The translations under genes were made by a program, and so were the position numbers. The notes beneath the pieces are model-generated. The model searched no databases and was not told the DNA's origin. It was given only the letters and a program-made list of their open reading frames with translations. This document shows positions 1-12,120 of a stretch of DNA of 64,000 nucleotides, one piece after another (position 1 is the stretch's first letter; each line of letters opens with the position of its first letter). This DNA is from Ginglymostoma cirratum (Eukaryota). The stretch is from NCBI GenBank assembly GCA_024137785.1, contig JAHRHZ010000032.1, positions 13,750,400 through 13,814,399 of the forward strand, in the 5' to 3' direction.

Positions 1-52
1 TAAGTCTGCTTAGGGTAAGTAGAAATTCTTTGAGAGGGTACATTCAGCTGTT

Positions 53-268
53 AACACAATGTGGAGCTAGAGGAACACAGCAGGCCAAGCAGCATCAGAG
101 GAATAGGGAAGTTGATGTTTTGGGTCAGGACCCTTCAGAAATGGTGAAGAAGGGTCCCAACCCGAAATGACAACTTTTCTGCTCCGCTGATGCTGCCTGG
201 CCTGCTGTGTTCCTCCAGGTCCACACTGTGTTATCTCTGACTCCAGTATCGGCAGTTCTTACTATCTC
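53..268. mobile_element. Miniature fold-back Penelope-tail element with degenerate hammerhead motifs
   Basis: Left arm (gtggagctagaggaacacagcaggcc...) is the reverse complement of the right arm (...ggcctgctgtgttcctccaggtccacac). Flanked by a 14-bp duplication, tacattcagctgtt (39-52) and tacattcggttgtt (269-282). Confidence 0.8.
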
Positions 269-799
269 TACATTCGGTTGTTGCTTTTTTGGGTGTGGCC
301 ACCACTAAAATGAAAAAAAATGAACATTTATTAACATGTAAATGAGGAGTCAGGACGAGAATGTTCTTGTTGGCCCCACAGCACTTCTGCTGACTGCTGG
401 CTGCAGTCATTTGCCAAACTACACAGTGTCCTCCCATACTCAGCCCTTAGCTGAGGCTGCAGGCTGTGAAGAAAATAGCCCAGCATTCAATCATCTTGAA
501 GAGAGGGCAACTCATGGAGGGCATTGCTGGCTTACCATAAGATGGCAGCAGTGGAATGGTTGTGTTCATGCCTGGGTCCTGAGCCCGGGGCTCACTTTCT
601 TTCATCTGCCTTTCTTTTAGCTTTTTGCTTTTGCTCTTCCTTTTTTTCAATTTTTGTTTCCTTTCTCGGTGGCATCAGTCCCTTTTCTGAAGTGTCGGGA
701 GCAGTCCCCTTCCGGGAGTATTAGCAGTGGGCCCCTTCCTGGGGTGTTGGCTGTGGTGGGACTGGACCCCTTTCTGGAGTGTCAGCGGCAGCAGGAGCT

Positions 800-2275
800 G
801 GAGAGGAATGTAATAAGTATAATAGGGAATAGGGAAATATCAGGCAGGCTATATGAATAGTTTGTGTCTGCCTTCTGGGGAAAATTATTAAAAATCTTCC
901 CAGAAATAATGGAGAATTCAGGGAATAGTATATATGAGGGTAATATCTAAGATATTAAGATTAAGGAAAATATTACTGCTGTGATTAGAAAGGGTATTTC
1001 TAAGGGATTGTCCAGTAAAACTATATGGGTAGAAATTAGAAATAAGAAAGGGATGATCACATTGATGGGATTCTACAATAGGCCCCCATTAAAGAGAAAT
1101 TGAGGAGCAAATATGTAGCGAGATCTCAGATACATGTAAGAATAATATGGCTGTGACAGTCAGCATGGTTTTGTGTGTGGGAAATTGTGTCTCATTAACT
1201 TGATTGAGTTTTTTGAGACAGTAACCTCAACAGAAGAGCGGTAGATATTGTTTGTATGGACTTCAGTAAAGCCTTTGATAAGGTTCTGTATAGTAGACTA
1301 ATTAGTAAAGTTAGGTCACATGGAAATCGGGATGAGCTTGCCAGTCAGATACAAGACGGTAGGAGGGAGAGGGTGATGGTGGAGGTGTTTTTCTGACTGG
1401 TGACACGAGATCAGCAGTGTTTCACAGGGGATTGTTACTGCGTATACTTTTGTTTGTCATTTATATAAACGATTTGGATGAGAATATAGGACACAGGATC
1501 AGTAGATTTGTGGGTGACACCAAAATTGTTGGTATAGTGCATAGCGAATAAGGTTATCTAAGATTACAAAGAGATCTTGATCAATTGAGCCAATAGGCTA
1601 AGGAGTAATCCTTTGAAATTTGTGTTGCAGGAAGACACGATGGTTAAGAAAGCATTTAGCACACTTACTTTCATTGCTCAGACCTTTGAGTATAGGAGTT
1701 GGACATCATATTGAGCTTGTACAGGACATTGGTGAGGCCTCTTCTGGAGTGCAGTTCTAGTCGCCTTGCTATAGGATGGCTATTATTAAGTTGGAAAGGT
1801 TTAAAAAAGATTTAGCAGGATGTTACCAGGAATGGAGAGTTTGAGTTATAAAATTAGGCCCGATAGGCTGGGACCTTTCTTCACTGGAGCATGGGAGGTT
1901 GATGGGTGATCTTATAGAGGTTTAGAAAATCATGAGGGGCATAGATAAGGTGAATAGCAAAGGTCTTTACACTAGGGTGGGGGAATGCAAAACTAGGGGG
2001 CGTATTTTTAAGGGGAAAGGAAAAAATTTTTAGAAGGATAAGGTGGGCAACTTTTTTATATAGAGTGGTTCATGTGTGGAATGAACTTTCAGAGGAAGTG
2101 ATGCATGCAGGTATAGTTACAATATTTAAAAGACATTTGGATAAGTACACGAATAAGAAAGGTCTGGGGGAGTATGGGCCAAACGCAGGCAAGTGGGACT
2201 AGTTTAGTTTGGGAATTTGGTCAGCACGGATGAGGTGAACTGAAGGGTCTGTTTCCATCCTGTATGACTCTATAT
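800..2275 (+). mobile_element. CR1/HER1-like LINE remnant (ORF2 pieces and 3' tail)
   Basis: Degenerate RT motifs (HGFV, MDFSKAFDKV, YINDLDE, GDTKIVG, GDLIEV) and the HER1-type tail tgtttccatcctgtatgactctat. Confidence 0.85.
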
Positions 2276-2294
2276 TAATATTTTTCTTTTTAAA

Positions 2295-3203
2295 AGTATC
2301 AGGAAAATTAATGGGACTGAAAATGAATAAATATCCAGGATATGATGATTTACATTCCATAGTAGATGCAACAGTATCATCTTTCAAAATTATGTAGGCA
2401 TTGGGATGGTCCTTGCACATTGGAAGATGACAAATGTAACCCACTATGTCTCAGGAAAATGCTAACATCTATAATAAAGGACGCAATAGCAGGATACTTA
2501 GAAAATAATGGTAGGAGTATGAAGTCAACATGGTTTTCTGAAAGAGAAATTAAGTTTGACATAACAAGGCATGGGGACAAATTTGTTGGAGATTTTTGAG
2601 TGTATAACTAGTAGAATGGATAAGTGGAAACTTAAAATTTATAAAGTTAAATTTAAATTTATTTACAGTTTTAGATCACTTTTGATAAGATTCCACACAA
2701 GAAGTTGTTCATCTAAATTACAACACATGGATTTGGGGGAATATACTGGCAAGGATTGAAAACTGGTTAACAAATGAAAATAAAATTTAGTAATAAATGA
2801 GTCATTTCTAGGCTGGCAGGTTGTGAGTAATGAGATGTTGCAAAGTTGAGCATTTAGGCTCAGCTAGTGACAAACTAACATAAAGATTTGGATGTGGGAA
2901 TTAAATGTAATATTGTCAAGTTTTTTACATGACATACATGACGCAGTGAGTGTGAGAAAGACCCGAAGATGCTTCAAAAGGATTTGGAGAGACTGAGTGG
3001 GAAATTATTGGCAGACAGATACAATGTGAAGGAATGTGAGGTTAACCACTTTGTTGTAAAGACAGGAAAACAGAGTATTTTTTTAAATGGTGAGAGGCTG
3101 GAGCATATTGAACTTCAAAGGGACTTGGGTGTCCTTCTTTATAAATTACAGAAAGTTAATATACAGATACAGCAAACAATTAAGAGGGCCAATATAATAT
3201 TTG
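2295..3203 (+). mobile_element. CR1 LINE remnant, 5' part (interrupted by a Penelope element)
   Basis: ORF 2969-3229 reads LQKDLERL...QRDLGVL...IKRANIIF, typical of the CR1 ORF2 C-terminus. It resumes at 5274 (AFI...). Confidence 0.8.
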
Positions 3204-3269
3204 AGATAACAACGTGTAGAGCTGGATGAACACAGCAGGCCAAGGAGCATCAGAGGAGCAGGAAAACTT

Positions 3270-3297
3270 GACGTTTCGGGCCTAGACCCTTCATCAG
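3270..3297 (-). ncRNA. Minimal hammerhead ribozyme motif in Penelope tail
   Basis: Minus strand reads CTGATGA-agggtctaggccc-GAAAC-GTC: CUGANGA box, stem II, GAAA, palindromic ACGT and GUC site. Confidence 0.75.
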
Positions 3298-5162
3298 AAA
3301 TGGGGGAGGGGAAGGGGGTTCTGAAATAAATAGGGAGAGAGGGGGAGGCGGATAGAAGATGGACAGAGGAGAAGATAGGTGGAGAGGAGGCAGACTGGTC
3401 AAAGAGGCGGGGATGGAGCCAGTAAAGGTGAGTGTAGGTGGGGAGGTGGGGAGGAGATAGGTCAGTCCAGGGAGGACGGACAGGTCAAGGGGGCGGGATG
3501 AGGTTAGTAGATAGGAGCTGGGGGTGGGGCTTGAGGTGGGAGGAGGGTATAGGTGGGGACGAGCTGGGCTGGTTTTGGGATGCAGTAGGGGGAGGGGAGA
3601 CTTTGAAGCTTGTTTAGCTGAACTCATCCTCACCCTCAACAACTTCTCTTTCAATTCCTCCCACTTCCTTCAGCCAAAGGGGGTGGCCATGGGTACCCGC
3701 ATGGGCCCAAGCTATGCCTGCCTTTTTGTAGGTTATGCGGAACAATCCCTCTGCCGTACCTACAAGGGCCCTAAACCTCACTTCTTCCTCCATTACATTG
3801 ATGACTGTATTGGCGTCGTCTCGTGCTCCCACAAGGAGCTCGAAAAGTTCATCCACTTCACCAACACCTTCCACCCCAACCTTAAGTTCACCTGGACCAT
3901 CTCCAATACCTTTCTCTTCTTCCTGGACCTCTCTATCTCCAAGTCCGGCAGCCACCTAGAAACCGATATCCATTTCAAGCCCACCGACTCCCACAGCTTC
4001 CTAGAATACACCTCCTCCCACCCACCTTCCTGCAAAAGTGCCATGCCCTATTCCCAATTCCTTCGCCTTGCCGCATCTGCTCCCAGGATGAGGCATTCCA
4101 CTCCCGTACATCTCAGATGTCGTCGTTTTTCAAGGAACGCAACTTCCCCCCCTCAGTGATCGAAAATGCCCTCGACCGCGTCTCCTGCATTTCCCGCAAC
4201 TCATCCCTCAAACCCCCTCCCCGCAATAAAAACCAAAACAGAATCCCCCTCGTCCTCACGTACCACCCCACCAACCTCCAGATCCAATGCATCATCCTCT
4301 GACACTTCCGCCCTCTGCAATCCGACCCCACCACCAAAGACATTTTTCCCTCCCCACCCTTATCTGCCTTCCAGAGGGACCACTCTCTCCATGACTCCCT
4401 TGTCCGCTCCAAACTGCCCTCCAGCCCCACCACACCCGGCACTTTTCCCTGCAACCGCAGGAAGTGCTACACCTGCCCCTACACCTCCCCCCTCACCCCC
4501 ATCCCAGGCCCCAAGAAGACTTTCCACATCAAGCAGATGTTCACCTGCTCATCTGCTATTGGGGTATACTGCATCCTCTGTTCCTGTTGTGCCTCCTCTA
4601 CATCGGGGAAAACAAGTGGAGGTTTGGGGACCGCTTTGCAGAACACCTGCGCTCAGTTCGCAATAAACAACTGCACCTCCCAGTCGCGAACCATTTCAAC
4701 TCCCCCTCCCATTCCACAGACGACATGTCCATCCTGGGCCTCCTGCAGTGCCACAACGATGCTACCCGAAGGTTGCAAAAACAGCAGCTCATATTCTGCT
4801 TGGGAACCCTGCAGCCCAATGGTATCAATGTGGACTTCACAAGCTTCAAAATCTCCCCTCCCCCTACCGCATCCCAAAACCAGCCCAGCTCATCCCCACC
4901 TCCCTAACCTGTCCTTCCTCCCACCTCAAGCCCCACCCCCAGCTCCTACCTACTAACCTCATCCTGCTCTCTTGACCTGTCCGTCCTCCCTGGACTGACC
5001 TATCTCCTCCCCACCTCCCCACCTACACTCACCTTTACTGGCTCCATCCCTGCTTCTTTGACCGGTCTGTCTCCTCTCCACCTATCTTCTCCTCTATCCG
5101 TCTTCTATCCGCCTCCCCCTCTCTCCCTATTTATTTCAGAACCCCCTTCCCCTCCCCCATTT

Positions 5163-5190
5163 CTGAAGAAGGGTCTCGGCCTGAAATGTC
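5163..5190 (+). ncRNA. Minimal hammerhead ribozyme motif (slightly mutated)
   Basis: CTGAAGA-agggtctcggcct-GAAA-tGTC. Confidence 0.6.
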
Positions 5191-5273
5191 AAGCTTTCCT
5201 GCTCCGCTCTACACCTTGTTATCTCGGATTCTCCAGCATCTGCAGTTCCTTTCTCTCTCCAATATAATATTTG

Positions 5274-5785
5274 CCTTTATTACAAGAAAATTTCAGTACA
5301 AGACACTCTACTGCAATTTTCATTGGTGAGACCACACTTAAATGTTCTGTCTGTAGTTTTGATGTTCTTACCCTAATGAAAGGTACACTTGCCATAGAGG
5401 GAGTATAACTAATTCCCGAGGGGAATGGAGGGACCATTCTGTGATGATGACTGATGGGTGATTTCATTCAAACATGCAAAATTCATACAGGGATTGACAA
5501 GTTAGATGCATGAAGCATGGTCCACTAGCTGAGAAGATCTAGAACATTTTCAGAATAAGGGACATGCCATTTAGGACTGTGATGTGAAGGAATTTCTTCA
5601 GTCCTTGGAATTCTCCGCTGATTGGAGGGTGAATCACAGAGTATCTTCCAGACTGAGACAGTATAATTTCTACATATCAAAAACATTGAGGGATATAGGG
5701 TAGCAGAGGAAAACAGTATTGAAGTGGAAGACGAGCCATTATCACGTTGAATGGCCTACTCCTGCTCCTAATTGTTATGTTCTTA
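5274..5785 (+). mobile_element. CR1 LINE remnant, 3' part
   Basis: Continues the element at 2295-3203 (LVRPHL-like, GDFIQT-like codons) and ends in the tail gaatggcctactcctgctcctaattgttatgttctta. Confidence 0.75.
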
Positions 5786-6149
5786 TCTCACTAATTATGG
5801 AGTGAGATATTGTTATTCTATCATTGAACAGTGGCATCCAGGGCCATGATTGTAACATTTTGAGCTCCACTTACAGAAGTTAAATTTTTGATCGAAGTTG
5901 CGTATGTTACAGTAGAAGCTGCAAAATCAACTGTGACACACTTGATCATTGTTGTTTCCTTATGTGCTGATGGTTAGATTTCATCCAGAAAAGGTAGACC
6001 TCAAAACTTAGTGCAAAGTCTTATGCAAAATTACTGTTAGACTCCATCATGCTCTTTTACAGCAAGTACGATCATTCTGGCAGGATTTCCAACATCTCAA
6101 GCATTTAGCTATGTACGCCGTTCTTCTGAATCCTCGATCATTGAGGTCT

Positions 6150-6620
6150 TCATCATCAGCAGTAATGCTAGTGAGCAACCTCATTTTTTGGTAACCTTAG
6201 ATTTACATTATCATTTCCTCTATTCCTGATTCTTGCACTCTTATGCTCAGTATATCACTGCATTCAGATGCCTCCATCATCTTAACCTCTAAATTATGAA
6301 CGTCTAAAATACCAATCTCTGGACTGGTAGCTGTGAGTGTAAGTTTAAGCACCAGCCTCTCTTTATCTTCAATGCCGGCTTCAATGGTGCCCATTCAATG
6401 AAGGCTAGTTCTGTATCTTCTATGGACAGACATATTTGCCCTCCTCCGATTACATTCTTCTGTCTGACATTTTGTTCCAGTTTCTCATGCAAGCAAGACA
6501 GAAGCAGGTCATTAAGTGTCCTGCATTTTTAAGTAATGTTGTTGTCATGGGGAATAGCTGCCAATGTATTACATCTAAGTTGTGCATAAGAGGCTTGCAA
6601 CCATGCTAAGAGTGTGACAC
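6150..6620 (-). mobile_element. PIF/Harbinger Myb/SANT-like protein gene remnant
   Basis: Minus-strand translation KCRTLNDLL...EKLEQNVRQKNVIGGGQ resembles the Harbinger Myb/SANT signature (CRKKxNDL...TGGG). Confidence 0.5.
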
Positions 6621-8490
6621 TGAGATTAAACATAGAGATTGAAATATTGAACATTAATTTATAAGAAATTGTTGATAGGCAGCTGATGGGGCTTTAATTA
6701 ACTGGATGATGAATAAGGTTAATGGTTCGGTTTGCGCGAAATGTATTTTGACAAATGAACTCACTCTCCTTGACAGCACGTTAGGTAATTATATCTATTC
6801 TTTCTCCTGAAGCAATACTCGTGGTATTAATCCCACTATTACTTGTTCCCACTGTCTGTGGTGTAAATCTCTGGAGGTCTTCAACTCCAATACATATGCA
6901 GGATACCTTTCCTTTCCACATCTCCAATCCAGACGACTAGGTGAAAAGCCTGGCATTTGCTCTCCCCAGTATTCAGCAATTGCCTGAAGTGGCCCAGTGC
7001 AGCTTGACACTTGAAATAACTCCCACCAATTCTTGTAGCCAGAATGCATCACCCTTTTCAGAGTTACAGGCTGCCTCTAATATTTTTAGCTGCTCACAAT
7101 GACAAGCCCAGAGCTGATTTTACAGCCAGAGCATGGCACAGGGAGCATAAGAATTGCACGTTAAAAGAGCAAGCAGCACAACTTTGCCATGTTGGCTGAA
7201 ATGTAATGAACAAACCTAGTTTAATCATGAATCATGATCCTTACACTGGATTTTGAGGATTGGGAAAAATCTCTCCCATCGACTTTGCTAACATGAATTT
7301 CAAGTCTTATGGTCAACTCCAAAGGTGCAATCACCTTCAGTAATTTCAACCCTATGTTGCCTTGTAACAATAGAAAAGTTTTTTTTTCCAAGAAAAAGTT
7401 TTTCTTCTTAACAATTATGGGAATCTTGGCAGTTTTTTGTCAATAAATATTTTATCACGGTATAAAAATTTTAGATTTTATAGAAAATATAATAGCTTGC
7501 AAGTGTTACACAAATTCGGAATTACCATTACTTATAATTCACATTAATAAAGAGCAGACAATGTATACATGTGGTGGAACATCAGTGCTATAGCTTGAGA
7601 CTTTTCAGTTTTTTTGAAGACCCGGGACCCATTCTGGGGGCACAGCTCTTCTGCTGTCCATAATTTTGCATAGTGATAGAAAAACAATTATTGTACAGAG
7701 ATAGCAGCACAATTCCCTAATGCTGAATTCTCAAACAGCACATGTTCCCTTCTCTATGAAACTGGCTGTGCGACAAATGTTGAATTCATGAACTTTGGTT
7801 AAGGAAGAGGCATAGTGAGTATTTTTTGTTTATTAGATCACAATGCAACAATATAACAGGCGAGGGATGGCATAGCATTGTCTGATGACAGAAAAACAAT
7901 CTTAAAGAAACAAAATACCGCAGTCTGTGGTTGAACAAAAAATAACAGGATGTAAAAGTCTACATTTATAGCCTTCAATTAGAGTGTTTTTTTAAAGCTC
8001 ACAGCTTGGGTTGAATATTTTGCTCTCTCTCTCTAGCGGTGAGATTAGAGAAGGGAGAGCATTTAGTCAAGTGGCATGTATCTATCTGAACCCTGTGGCC
8101 TTTCTGCCTGGGCTAGAATTAGCTTTTAGGCAGGAGAGCCCTTTCTGCCTTGCTCCCAACTAACAATCACTTAAGGGTCTAATCCCATTGCTGCTGGTAT
8201 TAACCCAACTGCAGACGATGTGCATGGCAATAAATCTATGTGGCTTGCTTGTCACCAATGAGTGGTCAGGGCAGGGTGTCACTTAATCAAAGGCATACAG
8301 TGTTTGATTGAGAGACTGGACATCAAGACATTGACTAGGGTGGCCTGCTGAAATCTATCCTCATCCCTTGCTTCTAGTTTGTCTGTGTTGTGTTAGCATA
8401 GTTTCACTATAGTCTCACTGTTAGTATATCTTACACTTTTAAGAAACGTATCATGATATCACCACCGTATCATAGTTTATAACCTGAGGG

Positions 8491-8497
8491 TATAAAA
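8491..8497 (+). promoter_or_regulatory. Candidate TATA box of the small membrane-protein gene
   Basis: gggTATAAAAg lies ~40-55 bp upstream of clustered ATGs (8534, 8539, 8545) and a gtgagc donor at 8601. Confidence 0.4.
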
Positions 8498-8533
8498 GTC
8501 TCAGACTCCATCTTAACTTGCACCACTTGAAGC

Positions 8534-8600
8534 ATGATATGCTGATGAAAGCATTCTGCTCTTTGTAATCTAGTAATAGCACAGACAAGTATATGTTTTG
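8534..8600 (+). pseudogene. Candidate leader (signal peptide) exon with broken frame
   Basis: The frame ending at the phase-1 donor TTTG|gtgagc reads KHSALCNLVIAQTSICF. ATG 8545 is 1 nt out of frame, and in-frame ATG 8534 is followed by TGA TGA. Confidence 0.35.
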
Positions 8601-8826
8601 GTGAGCCTTCCTGGAAAGAAGCAGCAAAAGTCTCTTGTCAGTTCTTCAGCCAGCAAGCAAGACCTCTGATGCCTCAACAAGATTCACCTAATACTTCTGT
8701 GTGAAGATAGACTGAACAGTTTATTCTTTCCTTTCCCCATTTAAGTTAATATTCTCTCACTGTATTATAAAGATAATTCAATCTGAACTGAACTACAACA
8801 TTTCTGTTATTCTTGCTATATTTTAG

Positions 8827-8904
8827 AATCCGAAGTAAAGACGTTTGAGGTAAACCAGTCAAATGCAGAAGTCCATAGCTCAAGAATAATAACACACATT
8901 TCAG
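8827..8904 (+). CDS. Exon: short extracellular stalk of a single-pass membrane protein
   Basis: Acceptor ttcttgctatattttag|, donor CAG|gtaaag, 78 bp, phase 1-1, open frame xSEVKTFEVNQSNAEVHSSRIITHIS with an NQS sequon. Confidence 0.65.
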
Positions 8905-10164
8905 GTAAAGCTATGATCTGTACATATTTTGGAGGCTTATTTTCCTTTTAATATAATTCACAAACTGATGCTTAGTTTTATTTATTGGCAGTGAACACTG
9001 TTGGGTATTATTATTGTCTGGGTCTTAGAGTAGTCTTAAAAATTAAACCTCTCTGCTCTGGAAACTTTAGTTATACTCAGTTAGATTCTAATTTAAAGTC
9101 TGTGCCCAGATTTTCTCCAGGATTATGCCCACTTTCTGATTGTTTCTAAAGTGTGGTGCAGGTTACCTGGGAAAGAACCTTTTACAAGCTCTCAGCATCC
9201 ACTGGTGAACATCATATATGCTTTTGAGCGAGTATTCATGGGTTTTGGAATAACGATGGAGATACTTTCTCCCATGCATTTCCTGTCATTCAAACCACAG
9301 CAATTCTAAACATCAGGATTGTCTTTGCAATCCTTGTATTCAGTAATGCTAAGGCAGTTAGATCAGGAGGTTATTCAAGATCTATGTTATTTGACTTCAT
9401 TGATTAAACAGGAGGTTTTAAGTTATATTAATTAAAGCCATTTTATTTAAAAAAGACTCCTCTAATGCAAAACATTTATAAATCAAACTATCAGTTGCAA
9501 GATAAACTGTCCATTATACCTAACTGTAATAAAACCTTTGCATATTTGTATAATTTAACATATTTTGAATATATTAATTTTTAAAGAAACTGAAGAACCA
9601 GTGCCAGACTGTGGAACTGAAAAACAGGGGAAAAAAAAGAAATATTCAACTATAAATTCAGATCTATGGCAGTTTCAGATTCCAGATTTCCCAACTAATT
9701 GTTCCTGTTTCCCTCTTTGTCAGAATACCCAGCAGCTTTATATAATCTGTGGTCTTGTGCATTCAAAACTCACTCACATGCATTGACATAAGGATCCCAT
9801 AAACAACTATAATCAAGAGAGCTTTGCTTTATTATCTTCTGTCATAAACAGTTAGAACCTTAATAACTTCATGAATTTTGGGCCCTCACCCATCATCTTT
9901 GGTCTTTCAATAATAAGATTCACATGCCCAATAATAGATCAGTGTATAATAGAAACATTAACATTTTACCCAACAACAGAGAACATCAGTAATACCTTTT
10001 GTTATTTTATGAACATATTTAGATGACGTTTTAAATTTTAGTTTGAGTATACATGACAAACTATTAAAGCCATTTTTGAATAATCTTTCCTAATGTAAGT
10101 TTTGTTTGTTAATTGATAAATGAGCAGTATCATTCATGATTATTGTATATATTATTTATAATAG

Positions 10165-10254
10165 CATCAGTTGTTGGATCCATATTTGGAGTGATAATCA
10201 TGGTTCTGATTATCTGGATTGTAATGAAATTAACTAGAAGAAGAGTAGCATCAG
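10165..10254 (+). CDS. Exon: transmembrane helix plus basic stop-transfer
   Basis: atag| acceptor, CAG|gtaagt donor, 90 bp, phase 1-1: ASVVGSIFGVIIMVLIIWIVMKLTRRRVAS. Confidence 0.75.
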
Positions 10255-10714
10255 GTAAGTGAACATATCTCTGAAAAGAGATATGCCTTGATTTGTTTTT
10301 TGTTAAACGTTCTGAAATATTAACAGTTTGAGATTATATTCCTAAATCACAAATGTGTTTTAGTCATTACTTGTTCTTGTAAGATTTTCATGAGCAGTCA
10401 GAGGTGGACAATGTAAATATATTTCACTTAAAAAATCTTTTTGAAGTTATACTAAGAGGAAGAAGTTCCAAAATCAGATTCTTGCATTGCATCGTTCTGA
10501 GAAAGAACAAGGTTAGTTTTTGTGTTGAGGGGAAAGGCATTTCAATGAAGAAGAATGGAACGGTTTCACTTTGAACACCATTTAAGGTTTCTCTATGAAA
10601 GCAAAATCAGTTAAAAAGCAAAGAACATAATTATAGCTTTGTTTCCAAAGTGAAAAGTCCCCTTGCTAGCACCAGACAGCCCCAGATCAAAGTCCTTGCT
10701 AAGGCTTGGGCAAA

Positions 10715-11047
10715 GGATTTGGAGTCAAGGGTTCAAATCCCTCCAGGGCAGCTGGTAGAATTTGAATTCAGTTGATAAATTTGGAACATAAAGCCAGTCT
10801 CAGTGATGGTGACCATGTCAAATATCATTGATGTAAACACCCACCTAGCTCACTTTTGACCTTTAGGGAGGAACGTTTGCCATCCTGACCCAGTCTGACC
10901 TGCATGTGACTCTGAACTCACAACAATGTGGTGATTTTCAATTGTTGTTGGAAATGCCATAGCAAGCCACTCAGGTCAACAAGAAGGGATGTGCGATTAA
11001 TGCTGGCTTCATCAACGACACTTACCCTGTGAAGGAATTTTAAAAAT
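10715..11047 (+). mobile_element. Shark tRNA-derived SINE (second family; tail shared with the LINE end at 11735-12120)
   Basis: B-box-like gggttcaaatcc, body gaatttgaattc...gtgatggtgaccatg, tail gggatg...aatgctggc...aaaaa. A related copy lies at 40180-40640. Confidence 0.6.
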
Positions 11048-11734
11048 GGATGAGATTTTCCAAGGAGTGGAAATCACACACAGATTGCCACTCTGCTCAT
11101 TTTTTTGTGTTAAGAATAGTCCCTGCATTTCTGACAGGAAATTCCAGTAAGGATTCTTCAGAAATGCATGAGTATACTTTAATACTGACTGGTCCCTCCA
11201 AATGCAGGATAATTTGGGGAAGGCAGGAGATGCCCTGTCTTTCACAGCAGTCAGTTGTTGTATTCTGTGATTAATTGTATAGCATCACAGTCACTTTCAC
11301 AGCTCCTTTGGAAGTGAAAGTATGTAAGGTAAGTGTGAAATTAGGGTGCTGGGAGAGTAGGATGTCAAATGGATAGGGTGCCAGACAAGGAGGGTGCCAG
11401 AGTGCAAGGTGGGAAAGGGTCCAGTTTTGTGGTTGAGTGTTTAGGGTAAGCTGGATGGGCAGGAGGTGGCAGGTCCAGCACAGAGGTGGAAGTTGGGTCA
11501 GGTGGAAAATGGGTATTTTCAGAACTAACAGTGAAGTTTGTGTCAGATGTTGGGGCCGTGGGTTGGGAGTAGGGGAGGCGTGAGCATGTTTCAGCATCTG
11601 GGTGAAGTGGTAGGTATCATTTAGTGTGTGGGGGCTGGTTTCAGGTCCTGAGTTAAGGGAGGATTTCTAGGGAGAGTTTTCCCCAGTGACTTCAACCTTT
11701 ACCTCAGATTGATTACACCCCTCTCACTAACTTA

Positions 11735-12120
11735 AACGTTCACTCCATCACCACTGGCATATAGTGGCTACAATGACTACTATCTACAAGATACAACACA
11801 GCAACTTACCAAGGCTTTCTCGACAGTGTTTCCCAAACTCTTAAAGGCTGCTTCCTACAATTACAAGCATAGCAGGTGCACAGGAACTTCACCAATTTTG
11901 AAGTTTCGCTCCAATTTGCACACCAACATAACTTGGAAGTCTGTTGCCACTTGTTCAATGTTGCTGGAACAAAATATTGGAACTTGCAGTCATACAATAT
12001 TGTGAGTGTAACTTTATTGTGTGGACTGCAGAAGTTCAAGAAGGTAACTCATTGCCACCTCACAAGACCAACTAGGAATGGGCAACAAATGCTTGCCTGA
12101 CTAATGAGGCAATCAAAAAG
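11735..12120 (+). mobile_element. LINE (CR1/L2 clade) 3' end
   Basis: cagcaacttaccaaggctttctcgacag...ggactgcagaagttcaagaagg...ggaatgggcaacaaatgct. Confidence 0.55.

Larger units (their letters stand above)
3204..5258 (+). mobile_element. Penelope-like element (Neptune type), 5'-truncated, with inverted copy of its 3' end
   Basis: RT motifs GVAMGTRMGPSYA and YIDD; linker CNRRKCYTC; GIY-YIG endonuclease (VYCI...YIGE...RFAEH). 3204-3613 is the reverse complement of ~4840-5226. Target duplication ccaatataatatttg at 3189-3203 and 5259-5273. Confidence 0.93.

Noticed and set aside
1-20. Strong donor AGG|gtaagt at 14/15 as an upstream exon of the membrane-protein gene
   Set aside because: The phase-1 frame needed to join 8827 contains TAG, and too little sequence is visible.
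660-800. Degenerate ~25-bp repeats (ccccttYYYggRgt) as a CRISPR-like array
   Set aside because: Irregular minisatellite-like units without unique spacers, in a vertebrate context with no cas genes.
4166-4956. Pro/Ser/Thr-rich ORFs resembling mucins or extensins (also 36529-37086)
   Set aside because: Alternative frames of the C-rich Penelope coding strand.
8543-8548. Tandem in-frame TGA TGA read as selenocysteine codons
   Set aside because: No SECIS element identified, and Sec in a leader peptide is implausible; a frameshift is the simpler explanation.
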